DNA of 39,121 nt from Trypethelium eluteriae (Eukaryota), in the NCBI GenBank assembly GCA_051942245.1, contig JAVECL010000180.1:1-39121 (forward strand), written 5' to 3'. Positions within the stretch are counted from its first letter, which is position 1; each line of letters starts with the position of its first letter. A program made the translations under genes and the position numbers. Of this stretch, positions 1 to 11,073 are shown one piece after another. The notes under the pieces were generated by a model. It was not told where the DNA came from, made no database searches, and saw nothing but the letters and a program-made list of their open reading frames with translations.

Positions 1-693
1 GGGCGTTGAGGGCGGCGAAGACGGAACGCGTGGTGGAGACGGTACGGGCGAGGATGCCGACGGTGTCGAGGGAGTTGGCGTACGCGAGGACGCCGTGCCG
101 GGAGAGGAGGCCGTACGAGGGTTTGAAGCCTATGGTGCCGGTGTAAGCGGCGGGGAGGCGGACGGAGCCGCCGGTGTCGGTTCCTAACGAGGCCCAGCAT
201 TGGGAGGTGGCTACGGCGACGGCGCTGCCTCCTGAGCTGCCGCCGGCGGAGGGAGGCTGCTGGGCATGGTGGTTGTGTGGATTCTTGACCGAGCCGAAAT
301 GGGAGAAGGTGGAGTGGGAGCCCATCCCAAATTCATCGAGATTTGTCTTGCCAGTGATGATAGCACCACTCTCGCGGAGCCTACGGACGACAGTGGCATC
401 GTATGAACTGTTGAAGTTTTTCAGGATATAGGATGCGGCCGTGGTTGGGAAATCTGATGTGCAGATATTGTCTTTCACGGCAATGAGCTTTCCATTGAGT
501 GGTCCTGAGATTTGTCAGTTTTGACAGGATCACACTCTGGCAATATGGACTTACCTCCGGGTTCTCGAATACTATCAACCTTCTGAGCAGCGGCCTCCAA
601 AAAACTCCGGTCGGCAAGGCTGATGAATGCGTTGAGGCCATGGTGTGCTTGAGCATTGGCGAGGCATCTTTGGACGTGCCTAAGGCTTGACAT
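1..693 (-). CDS. HER2: Mitochondrial glutamyl-tRNA(Gln) amidotransferase subunit A (amidase signature family), 3' end beyond the window edge; exons 693-555, 504-<1
   Basis: Spliced translation [26 protein letters not shown]...[15 protein letters not shown]...[12 protein letters not shown]...[12 protein letters not shown]...[26 protein letters not shown] carries the amidase signature. Intron 554-505 reads GTAAGT...ACTGAC...CAG and keeps the frame. Confidence 0.9.
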
Positions 694-938
694 GAGCTCG
701 AGCCGGTAGACTCTACATCACCCCACTGCTCACGTCGATATTTCGTCTGGAACAAAAATGAGAGGTCTACAAAGCTCAAAACCTTGCTTTACCTGTTCAG
801 GAATGGTGCACTGCTGCTGGTCGCGGGATCTCTCTTTAGCGCCCGCTGCAGGTCCTATGACCGCATCAGGTACCCACTCTACCACCATATAGAGGAGATG
901 GATCTCTGATCTTTGGGGAGGTTCTCCCAAACGTCAAC

Positions 939-2901
939 ATGTCTCCCCTTCTCTCCGAGCTGGCTCTTCTTGCACGACCAATGAATAACATCTTATTGGT
1001 CATTACCTTGGCGACTACATCGCTGGGTGCCCAACCCTCAGCACCTTCTCCAATACCAGCCCCGTTGCGCGAGCTGCCTTGGGGACAACTAAATTTCCTC
1101 CATACGACTGATGTTCATGGCTGGCTCGGTGGGCACCTTCGAGAGTAAGTCGCTTGTATTCAGACTTCTCCTCATTCATTCTGACATATTTCGCAGACCG
1201 CAGTATTCTGCCGACTGGGGAGACTATATCTCCTTTGCTCAGCACCTCCGAGACAAAGCAGACGCCGACGGTACTGACATAATCATCGTGGACACTGGCG
1301 ATAGAGTAGAGGGAAATGGCATATACGATTCCTCGAAGCCGCGAGGGAAATACACATTCGATATCCTCAAAGAGCAACACATCGATGTCATTTGTTCAGG
1401 CAACCATGAGTTATACAAGGCTAGGACGGCAAGCGATGAGTTCCGTAAGACGGTACCCGACTTCAAGGGCCACTATCTTGCATCCAACATAGACTACTAC
1501 AATTCAGATACGCAAGAGTTCGTGCCTTTAGCCAAACGATACAGGAAATTCACGACGAAAAATCAGGGCATCCGAGTAATGGCTTTTGGATTCTTATTCG
1601 ACTTCAACGGCAATGCAAACAATACCGTAGTACAGCCTGTGGAAGAGACTATTAAAGAAAAATGGTTCCAAGATGCGATTAGAGATAGAGAAGTCGACCT
1701 GTTCCTTGTGACAGGTCACGTCCCAGTCCGAGATTCGCAAGAATTCAGCCTGATCTTCAAAACCATTCGTGCTGTTCAGTGGGACATTCCCATCCAGTTT
1801 CTTGGTGGTCATACACATATCCGAGATTTTACCAAATACGACAGTCGTGCATTTGGGCTTGAGAGCGGTCGGTACATGGAAACCATTGGCTTCGCATCTG
1901 TCTCTGGCGTCAAAAGTGGTGGAAACGAAGTTCTCCCTCAAGTTGCAAAGAACAAGTTCGCTCGACGCTACATTGACAATAATTTGTTTTCCTTACATCA
2001 TCACAGCAACACCAACTCTTCTACTTTTCCTACCGAGCTTGGACGTAACGTCTCCGAGGCCATTACGTCTGCACGGAAGTCGCTGAAGTTAGATCGAGTA
2101 TATGGATGCGCTCCACAAGATTATTGGACCAACCGTGCGCCGTATCCGAGCAGGGACTCAATTTTCACATGGCTTGAAGAGTCGGTCATACCAGAGCAGG
2201 TCTCTGGTTATCAAATGTCGGAAAGAAATAATAACTCTGCTTTAGTTGTCGTGAATACTGGTGCTTTGCGATTTGACGTATTCGAGGGAAAATTCACACG
2301 AGATGATTCTTACCTTGTCTCACCGTTCACAAGTGGATTTCGCTTCATTGAAAACATGCCCAAGGAGATCGCTGACAGAGTGCTTCCATTGTTGAATCAA
2401 GGCAGTCCTCTTGGTGTCAACGGATTGGCCGCGACGCTTCCGGGACATCCCGGGGCGAATCTTATTCAAGACATCACTGCAGACGCGAACCGAGAGTATC
2501 CAATTAACGCGTTGCAGAACCAAGTACCGATGGGCGAAATTGCGGTGGCAGGTGAGAATGATGACCCAAAACAAGACCTACCTCCAGGCTACACGACTAA
2601 GGACGATGCCGGAACGGATGGGGATGACACGGAACACAAACCTATCGAGTTCTTTGCTGTGCCAAATTGCTTTGCTGCGAATGTTCAGCTTTCTAAAGAT
2701 AACTCGAAGGCCCAGGACGATGCTCAACCGGAGACTATCGACTTCGTATACAACGAATTCATCGAGCCATGGATAGTGCTTGCATTGCAGTACCTAGGCC
2801 AGGACTATTCGTCTGAAGATACGGCGCCATACATGGAGGGCAAAAGCTTCACCTCCTTGATGACGAATTGGGTGGAGGAGAATTGGAAGTGTAAAGATTA
2901 G
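939..2901 (+). CDS. Secreted/vacuolar calcineurin-like metallophosphoesterase, 5'-nucleotidase family (yeast Yhr202w-like); exons 939-1144, 1197-2901
   Basis: Hydrophobic N-terminal signal (the start could also be ATG 981). Motifs HTTDVHG, DTGD, GNHE and GGHTH. Intron 1145-1196 (GTAAGT...CTGAC...CAG) joins HLRE to PQYSADWGD. Confidence 0.88.
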
Positions 2902-3432
2902 GCTTTTCTTATATACCTGCATCTTTATGGAGTTCTCTTCTATGCTCTAGGTTGCAAGGAGCGCATCGATAGAACAACCTCTTGTCCTCTCCATCCTTTT
3001 CTTAATCCAGATACGTATGCGATTCTTGAAGGCTTACAAAAGAGAATAGAGCAGTGCGATTTCTCCCCCTTTTCCCTTTGAAAGAAAAAAGAAAGAAAGG
3101 GAAGAGCTGACGTCTAAAAAGACTGGAGTTCTTGTGCCTATCTCCATCGGTGTTAAACCGGCCTTATGACTTGTCGGAGCCGGCGTTCGGAGGCCGATGA
3201 TCACTCGAGCGATGTACCGAGTATTTAATCAGGCACGTGCCAGGCTGTGCCGTACGGAGTAATACGGGATTATACAAAGGGGGAAACTTGGATACATCTT
3301 TCGAAGCGGCGAATCTTTGCTGCCCTATTCGTGAAAAACTTGTCCTCGTCGACATTCCATACATCTTTGAACGCGGCGCGGCCGTGGTGTCGCTCCTTAC
3401 AGTCAGACACATCTCGCAAGAGCCTCTTCGAA

Positions 3433-4098
3433 ATGGCACCTCCAAAGCTATACACAATCAAAGACTCTGGCAATTGCTACAAACCCCGTCTCCTGGCAGC
3501 TCTTCTGAACATCAAGCTGGAGCTTGTCGAAGTAGACTACCGCAATGATCAGCATCACTCACCGGAGTTCCTAGCGATCAATCCCCGTGGCCAAATTCCT
3601 GCCCTAGTGGACGGCGACAAAGTTTTCACAGACTCAGCTGCGATACTGGTTTATCTTTCGGGGTACCAATCAGATTCTAATACTATCGGGGCGTTGTTGC
3701 CATTCTGGTCTAACGACGTCGTCGAGCAAGCTGAGATAGTCGACTGGGTTGCCTTTGCCACTGGCTGGATTCAATCAGGCATAGCTACTGCTCGTGCCAT
3801 CATCAGGTTCAGGGGCGTCTCAGCGACTACTCAACCATTACTAGATACGGCTACAGCCAAGGGAGAAAAATCTCTTGAGATTTTGCAGTTGAGGCTACGC
3901 ACCAATGAGTGGCTTGCAGTTGGCCGACCGACGATCGCTGATATTGCGGTTTTTTGTTACGTGGTTCTTGCTCCTCAGGGAAATATTTCACTGGATCCGT
4001 ATCCGGCCGTAAAGAGCTGGATATCAAGGATTCGTAACTTGCCAGGATTCTTTGCTATCGAAGGATTAGATGACCCTGAGTACGGAAAAAGGGCATAA
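3433..4098 (+). CDS. Glutathione S-transferase, intronless, bacterial-like subfamily
   Basis: MAPPKLY...SGNCYKPRL...INPRGQIPAL...DSAAILVYL (GST N-terminal domain) and WLAVGRPTIADIA...YPAVKSWISRI (C-terminal domain). The first in-frame ATG is at 3433. Confidence 0.9.
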   Translation: MAPPKLYTIKDSGNCYKPRLLAALLNIKLELVEVDYRNDQHHSPEFLAINPRGQIPALVDGDKVFTDSAAILVYLSGYQSDSNTIGALLPFWSNDVVEQAEIVDWVAFATGWIQSGIATARAIIRFRGVSATTQPLLDTATAKGEKSLEILQLRLRTNEWLAVGRPTIADIAVFCYVVLAPQGNISLDPYPAVKSWISRIRNLPGFFAIEGLDDPEYGKRA

Positions 4099-4834
4099 GG
4101 AGTATGTCAACATAGAATCACAACGGCTATATAGTAGAACCACAATGGAAACGGCATTTTAGCTATTGATAAGAGGGATCAGGCGGCATGCTGCTTGTAA
4201 TACTCGTTGCGCGCCCTTCCAATTCCGTGTCCTGATTTCATATGCCCATGGGCCCTGGTCGTGATGCTTTCCGAGCCATACCTTAAGAACTTTTTTGGGG
4301 GCATCATACTTGATCCTTGAAACATGCAGCATTGCTGTAAATGGAGTATATTCCAAATTCAGGATTGTGATTGGGTAATTTGAAGATTTCGTTCCAAATC
4401 CGCGTGGGAAATCTCTGGGCAATGCAGCGACACATCATTGAGGTAACGTCAGATTTCAGACCTACCCTATAAGAATCTGATGATAGGACTCCCCCCGACA
4501 AGGCTGCAAGGGAAAGAGAGGCTGGCGTACATACTCGATGCATACAGCCATCTAATCGTTGCATTACCTACTCGGTGAACAGGATCCCATGTATTTGCCC
4601 GCTGCGACGTTCCAATAAGAAACCCCTGCCTCTGAGAAACATGCGACAGCATTCCCATGAGATCACCCACAAACCTCCCATTACGTCAAAGGGCAGACTT
4701 TGTACTCCCTCTCGCCTCTATATATCTACTCCCACATGCTCACCTTCTTCTCTCCTCTCCAACACTACCGCGACCGTAATCATCATTAAAGAGTCTAGAT
4801 CAACCCTAGTACACATTGCGAAGCCCACCCGATT

Positions 4835-5156
4835 ATGCCTAATCCCAACTCCAACTCCGCCTCTACGGGCACCCCAATGACTAGCCAGGATGCCTCTCGC
4901 ATTCAGTCATCTCAGGTACCCCATCCCATCCCTACCCCTCTTGCACTACCACCACCAAATCCCACATGAGCCATCTGTGCTTAAGCAGCAGAGTAACATC
5001 CCTTCGCAGGCACGCGGTGGCGGTGACATGTCCTCTGGCGGTTTCGCTGCCCGCGCTCAGGCTGCCGGGGCGAGAAATGAGAACTCGGGACTGACGGGTG
5101 GAGCGGGTGGCCGTGGAGCCAGTCAGGGGAATCAAGGAAACCAGGGAGGGAACTAG
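4835..5156 (+). CDS. Small (75 aa) SMP/seed-maturation (LEA-like) domain protein; exons 4835-4915, 5010-5156
   Basis: Spliced product MPNPNSNSASTGTPMTSQDASRIQSSQ|ARGGGDMSSGGFAARAQAAGARNE... The MTxxDASRIQS...GGFAARAQxA pattern matches fungal SMP-domain proteins. Phase-0 intron 4916-5009 (GT...GTAAC...CAG). TATA-like TATATA near 4719. Confidence 0.8.
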
Positions 5157-5405
5157 CGATCTGGATTGTTGACGCTGGGTTTATTAGTTCTAGAGACTGG
5201 TCTCAGAGAGAGAGAGGGGTTGGGTTTTTGAGGACAGTCGAGGTTGCAACAGATCTCGAGAGATACATTCATTTAACCTTGGGATTTTGCAAATGGAATT
5301 TTGGCCAAATTAGATTTCAAGAAATCTATAAAAAGAGTCTTATGCCGAAGATTGCTTCTTGCTCTATAGATGCGGAAAACGTGCATACTGTAGAGAATTG
5401 TGGCT

Positions 5406-8400
5406 CTATGTTTCTAGCGGGCCTCCTTCCGATAAGGTTCGCGGTTTTTGGGCGTATAAGCCCACAACGAGATTGAACATATCCCGAACGGGTAGAAAAC
5501 CGGACGATGATGGGGCATCCAAGATGTCGGCAAGTTTCTCAGACCGTACAATAGGATCACCATTCTCTCGATCGTTCGTCTCATCATCGGTCCTTGGACG
5601 ATCAGAACGCAGTACCAAATCTCTTGACGCCTCATTATTCTCCTCCCCGAGGAGACGTCGCAATGGATCAGACGTTTGTGCTTCATCAATCTCCTCAAGC
5701 TCAGCAAGCGATTCGTTTGGACCCACTATTGGCTGACCAGTCGGAACAGAGATTGTTGTGCTTTCGGTCAAAATGCGAAGCTCCGCACTGGCATCAATGA
5801 TAGCGAATCCCCTCGATTGTGGGCCTGGAATCAAGGCAGTCACCAGTTGTGAAAGCTTGGAAGCAAAAATCGGGTTCGGATCTGTCGGCCTGAAAACCAG
5901 GACATTGCAGGAGGTAGTATGCTCAGGAAGACTCCCATTAAACCTTCGCTCCGGGCTCGAGCGGACATGTGACAAGGCCAGAGCGAAGGTCCCGTCACTT
6001 GGGCTCGTAGCAATGTGGCAGAAATGCTTTCGTTGAAATTTCGTAAGATGGTCGAGGTCAATGTCGTAATCATACACCAGTACGTCCTCGACTGGATCCC
6101 AAACGACTAGCCTGTTGGACAATACCACGACATGCTTGTCAAGGAGGCCGACTCCAAGGATCCAACCGGCTGTGGGGATTGTCCTCAGATATGAGATGGC
6201 TCCAGAGTTAGTGTCGATTAGATGTAAAAGACTCCCTTCAGCTTCATCTTGTGGCGATTGACAGGCAGCAAGTACTGATCCATCAGGCGAACAAGCCAAG
6301 CGCGCGCGTAATGATGAGGAAGCACCTAACCCTCCATCTTGCACCCTGTACAGGTCTTGATTGCGTACGAGTCGGCTCGAAGACTGACAGGACCAGTTGA
6401 CCACACCGCCTGGATGAACGCCACGTATAGTTCGATTGTTTGGATAGGTAGTTCTCGGCCTCCAAATCCGCACCACGCCATCCTCACCGACTGTAGAAAA
6501 GCCTACTCTCTTTGGATCGCTGACAAGATCGTCGACGTTGCCAGCTGACATTCCATCAAACGCTTGGTGTGGCGCATCGACCCGAGTCTCAAGCATCCAG
6601 TTTTCTTCTTTCTCATTCCACCGCCAGAATTTGAGATAGACTTCGCGCCGCCGCGCTTGCTCCTCGCGTGCAGTCGATCTATTCGTAGCCAAGAAATCCG
6701 TGTCGAGCATGAACGGAACCCATTTGTCGACGGTAGCTAGCCATTTCCCATCACAACTCACCCGCAACATTTTGACATTAGGCTCGTCAAGTCTATTACC
6801 TTCCGGGCCTATATTAAAATTGGTTGCATTGTTCCGTGTGAGAGCCTGGCGTGCGACATGATGTGCTGTTCTGATGTTGAAAGTTTGTAAGTAAGGAGCA
6901 GGAAGTCGAGACGTATCCCCGCTGTTCGTAGGCTGGCAGGAGGGGACAGCGAGTAGTAAGTGATGCGTTGCTAGTGGAGAGAATGTCGCTGGTGTACGCG
7001 CTATGGAGTCAAGCGGATCTTTAGAGGATCTGACCAGCGTTGTTACGGTCTTTGGCGCTCGAGTAGGGCCGGCTTTATGTATGAAGCCTTGAGCTTGGAT
7101 TCCGGCCACATGCGTCTTGGCTTTGAGTTCGCTCGTCGATAATACTATCAGAGAATTATCGGTTAGTCGGACAGCGTAGGCCGCGCCAGATGGTGAGACG
7201 ACTAGGCTTTCAATTTCCGCGGTCAGGTGCGGGAGAAACTGCTTCTTCATAGTTTCGAGTTGCCAAAGGACCAGCACAGTCTCCGTTCCACCCGAAATCA
7301 AATAATTCCCTAAATTGGTTTAGCCGTTTCGATGTCAAAGAAAAGCGAAGGAAAGTCTGTACCATCTCTGGACCATTTAACAGTCCCAACAGCTTGTCTA
7401 TGCCAGTGAAATCTTTTTGAATCTAGATAGGAAGACTGAGGTTTACCAGGTTTCTTCTGACTGTGGCTGATCAATTTATTGAGGAGGTCAGAATATATGA
7501 AGATGGGACCCTCAATGGTACCAATGACTACATCAACAAATATGTCAGTCGATTTTTTGTAGTCTTTCGACTTGCCTTTCCTGTTAGGTACGACGCGTGC
7601 GTCGAAGGCAGTAATCTCATTAAAACAGTCCATCTCCCGCCAGACATACGCCTTCGCTTCAAACGAAGGGTCCTCTTGCCTGTTTAATTGTCCTAGAACC
7701 AAGCTCCGTGAGAAAAATGCAATAATAACTTCGCCCTGGTGTAGAACCTTGAGGCCCTGGATCTTCTGCTGAGACTGCAAGAGTGTGACAGATGTGGTTT
7801 TGCTAGCGTCCGAACCATAACGCAACCTGTGGGCAGTGATAGTGTAGTGCTTGCTTTGTCGACTTCTGTCGATAGTGAAGACGGTATCCTCTTCTGCGGA
7901 TGGCTCAATCGATGCCCAAATCCCAGCAATTCGGTCCTGTAGCTCCCACCGTCCAAGTCTGGTTCCAGTAACCCAATTCCAAAGGAAGACAACACCGTCT
8001 GTAGTCGCTATATAGATATTATTCGCATTTGCAGCTGATAAAGCAAAGACGCTAACTCCAGCCTTAGAAGCGGGTAGCGTTCGGACAAGGACTGAGCTCG
8101 ACACGCTGTAGATATGGACAGCACGACGATGGGCAAGGATCATATATCTACCAAAGTTAGAACTTTATTGAGTCACAGAAACATGAAGCATGCCTTTCAT
8201 CTGGAGAGAAGATTGGATCATGATGAATAAATCGGCCCGCCAAAGATTCCGTCATCTTCCAGTGTTGCTTGCGTCCTGCCAATTTGCCAGGCTTTGGCTT
8301 TTTCTGCTTGCTTTTGGCTTTTGATATCTCATTTGAACCCACAATCTCCCGATCTTGAGGGCTAGCAGATCTCTCCAGTATTGAAGGTCGAGATACCTGG

Positions 8401-8879
8401 AGATTGAGACCAGTGGTTTCCGGAGTGTCGGTTGCTTCAAATATGTTCTGCTTCCTTTCGTCACTAGGTCTTTCGTCCTCCTCCGGGCCTGGCCCTTGAC
8501 TGGACAAAGAACTCTCTTCCCGACTCGCTTTTTCAGGTCCACGTTGTAATTCTTCAGACTGTGGTCCAAATCCATTTATTTTTTTGCCCTTCGCATCAGA
8601 TTCCCTTTTTCTTTCCTGAGCGGCTGACGGTTTTGAGCCGTGAGACTGATGTTGACTCTTCTCGGTCTCTGATTTTGGTAGCCCATTTGTCTGATCGACT
8701 GCTTCCTCATCTTGACCTTCCTCGCCGCCGTTTACGGTATTGACGGTGGCGTTCTCGTGTGGGACAGAGCCATGGTCACTTTTGAGGCGCTTCCGCTCAT
8801 GTCCTTCTGCGACTGATTTAGTCTTTGACGATCTCTTCCTCTTCGTCTGTTTCTTTTCAGTCTCAGCCGGAGCAGACAT
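5406..8879 (-). CDS. UTP17: U3 snoRNP t-UTP component Utp17/Nan1 (WDR75), WD40 repeats; exons 8879-8194, 8147-7363, 7309-5406
   Basis: HWHRQAVGTVKWSRDG|NYLISGGTETVLVLWQLETMKKQFLPHL is the Utp17 hallmark. Intron 7362-7310 is GT-AG, and intron 8193-8148 is GC-AG. Long charged, disordered N-terminus. Confidence 0.88.
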
Positions 8880-9142
8880 GGCAGCGGGGAGCGAAAGGCA
8901 ATTGTGGTCGTGTGCTATATGAAAACCTCAGTACAAAATTTGGTATGGCCCAAGCTTGTTCGCGTAAAATTGCCCCGCGGGACGGTCCCGCGCCCGCGCT
9001 TTGTCGCCTCTACCTATATTTTGAACTTACTCTCTCTCGCTCTCTCTCTCTCTTGGCTCCTACAATCTTCCAGCTTTCCCTCTGTCGACTCCAATATTGT
9101 CTTACTTGCACTATTCTTGAAGGGAGAAGTTCTTGGTCCGTC
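8880..9142. promoter_or_regulatory. Compact bidirectional promoter shared by UTP17 and RPB10
   Basis: 263 bp lie between the divergent ATGs. It contains the perfect inverted repeat CGCGGGAC-G-GTCCCGCG (8976-8992), two AAAATT tracts and a (CT)n run at about 9030-9052. Confidence 0.65.
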
Positions 9143-9540
9143 ATGATCATCCCAGTCCGTTGCTTCACGTGCGGCAAGGTGCGTTCCCATCTACTGCAAC
9201 GCCCTCGATTCAGTTAACAAAAATTCGCAGGTGATCGCCGACTTGTACGAGCGGTTCATGGAACTGACCGCTGATCAACCTGAGACTGATGGGTAATCCG
9301 CATTTCAAGTTTGTTCTCAACTACCTTTTCTCACGATGCAAATCTGGACAGGCCTGCCATGAACGAACTCGGCCTCAAGCGCTATTGCTGTCGGCGCATG
9401 ATCATGACCCACGTTGATTTAATTGAGAAACTGCTCCAGTATGCCTTTATTGACTGCTTCCTGATAGCCATTGCTTCTAACGCTCTTTTAGCTACAACCC
9501 AGCCGAACGCGACATGAGCAAAAAAGCGATGAACCACTAA
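9143..9540 (+). CDS. RPB10: RNA polymerase I/II/III common subunit Rpb10; exons 9143-9178, 9231-9292, 9352-9438, 9492-9540
   Basis: [21 protein letters not shown]...[37 protein letters not shown]... contains the CxxC/CC zinc ligands. Three GT-AG introns keep the frame. Confidence 0.96.
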
Positions 9541-10096
9541 GGCAGAACCTGCCTTATGAATGGACTCTACCGAACGCAGTTTGACCGCTTCATGGCCAGC
9601 TTAAATACACTGAATGTCTGCATATATGATTTGGCGTTGGCGAGTACTGGGGAACAAGTGTGCAAAGTAGACACGATACCCATGGGACGGCGAAGTTGAA
9701 GGCAGGCTTTGCAAAATCATTAGCATCTACGGGGCCATCATGAAGTGCATGGTCCTCTTGTAGTTTATTACTTGGCTGTCATCCGATGTGGGTTCGAGGC
9801 AATAGAATTACTGAGGTACCGTACTTTTCGTGCCTTCGTAGATTTGCCCACCTGCATTTTTCCCCAAACTCCGATCACGTGAACTGTAGCTCCTGCCAGG
9901 TCAAAGCTCCAAAAAAATGTCAGGTATCCTGCGATTGACGGTTAATCATCCTTTCCCAACTATTATCTTTCCTCCAAACTCCCTTTGCGCTCCAGTGCTG
10001 TCCATAGCTCCGGACCACAATTTGTTTTAAGAAACCCAAGATCTTCCGTGGCTTTACCAGTCTTGTTGCGCCCGCCGAAATCAAGTCCCGTCCACC

Positions 10097-10432
10097 ATGC
10101 CTCCCAAGCGTGTCCCTATCACTACTCCAGCAGGCCGCCGCGGACCCCAAGATCAAGGCTACTTCCGCAACGTCATGAACGAAGTCTCAAATCCAGAGAA
10201 CCGCGCGGTTCTTACCGCTGTGGGGATGTTTGCGGTAAGATGAACCCTGTACACTTGGGACTACTGGACCGCACCCGGAGTGGATGCTTACTTTGAGGGA
10301 CATTCAGGTCAGCGTCGCGTTCCTGCATAGTAGCTGGAGCGAGATCCTTCTTCCACCGTGAGTGCTACCCCCAGCGGCGCTGCTGTCCTACCTATGCGAA
10401 ACACAGGCTGAGAGAAGACTTCTAGCGTATAA
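10097..10432 (+). CDS. TOM6: Mitochondrial outer-membrane translocase small subunit Tom6 (~64 aa); exons 10097-10234, 10308-10357, 10426-10432
   Basis: MPPKRVPITTPAGRRGPQDQGYFRNVMNEVSNPENRAVLTAVGMFA|VSVAFLHSSWSEILLPP|V* has a basic N-terminus, a single C-terminal TM segment and the Pezizomycotina Tom6 pattern (EN...AFLxSSWxE). Not in the ORF track. Confidence 0.85.
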
Positions 10433-11073
10433 GGATATTCTCAAATTGTATTTCATGCGAGGACCGACGGAAATTGTTGGGTTGGACGGACGAGATATAG
10501 GGCATTGCCCAGGAATTATTTGCCGTTGTACACATAGCTTGCATTGGGTTGGCGAATTTAGGAGAACATATACAGAAGCGCAGTATCCGAAGCCTGCAAA
10601 ATGGTATCTGACGCTTTACACAATACCGGCCGAGACATTCCTCAAATCTCCTACCACAAATTCAAAAGATCAGTGTTTCGCAACTCTACACTTGTATTTA
10701 AGACGAGTTGAAATTATTGCAGGACCCATTCCAGTCCGGTATCAATTTAGTAATTCGCGATTGCTAACAAAGACTATCCAAAAAAAGAATCCGATCAATT
10801 TTTCTCAGATTGATGTCCATGATCATTCCCCAAATATTGCCATTGTAAAATCATCTTATCATAATCGAAGAGCAGCTCCGTCGTCGTTGCAATAATCCTA
10901 CACACCGGGTCACCTCAACCATATTCCCCCATCAAACCGCACCATCACATTCCACTTCTTCCTCTTTCCTTCCTCCTGCCTTGATCTCGTCACTGCAATG
11001 CGACTACTGCTGCTGGCCTACCAACCCCAAAGCCCTTTAGTACGCTGCACGTATTGTAGCTTTGGGTAGATTG

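Noticed and set aside
4159..4564. Short minus-strand ORFs with scattered splice-like signals between the GST and SMP genes
   Set aside because: I could not assemble a coherent spliced ORF or recognise a family.
10362..10895. 177-aa plus-strand ORF after TOM6
   Set aside because: It has a non-ATG start inside TOM6 intron 2, runs through the 3' UTR region and shows no recognisable motif.
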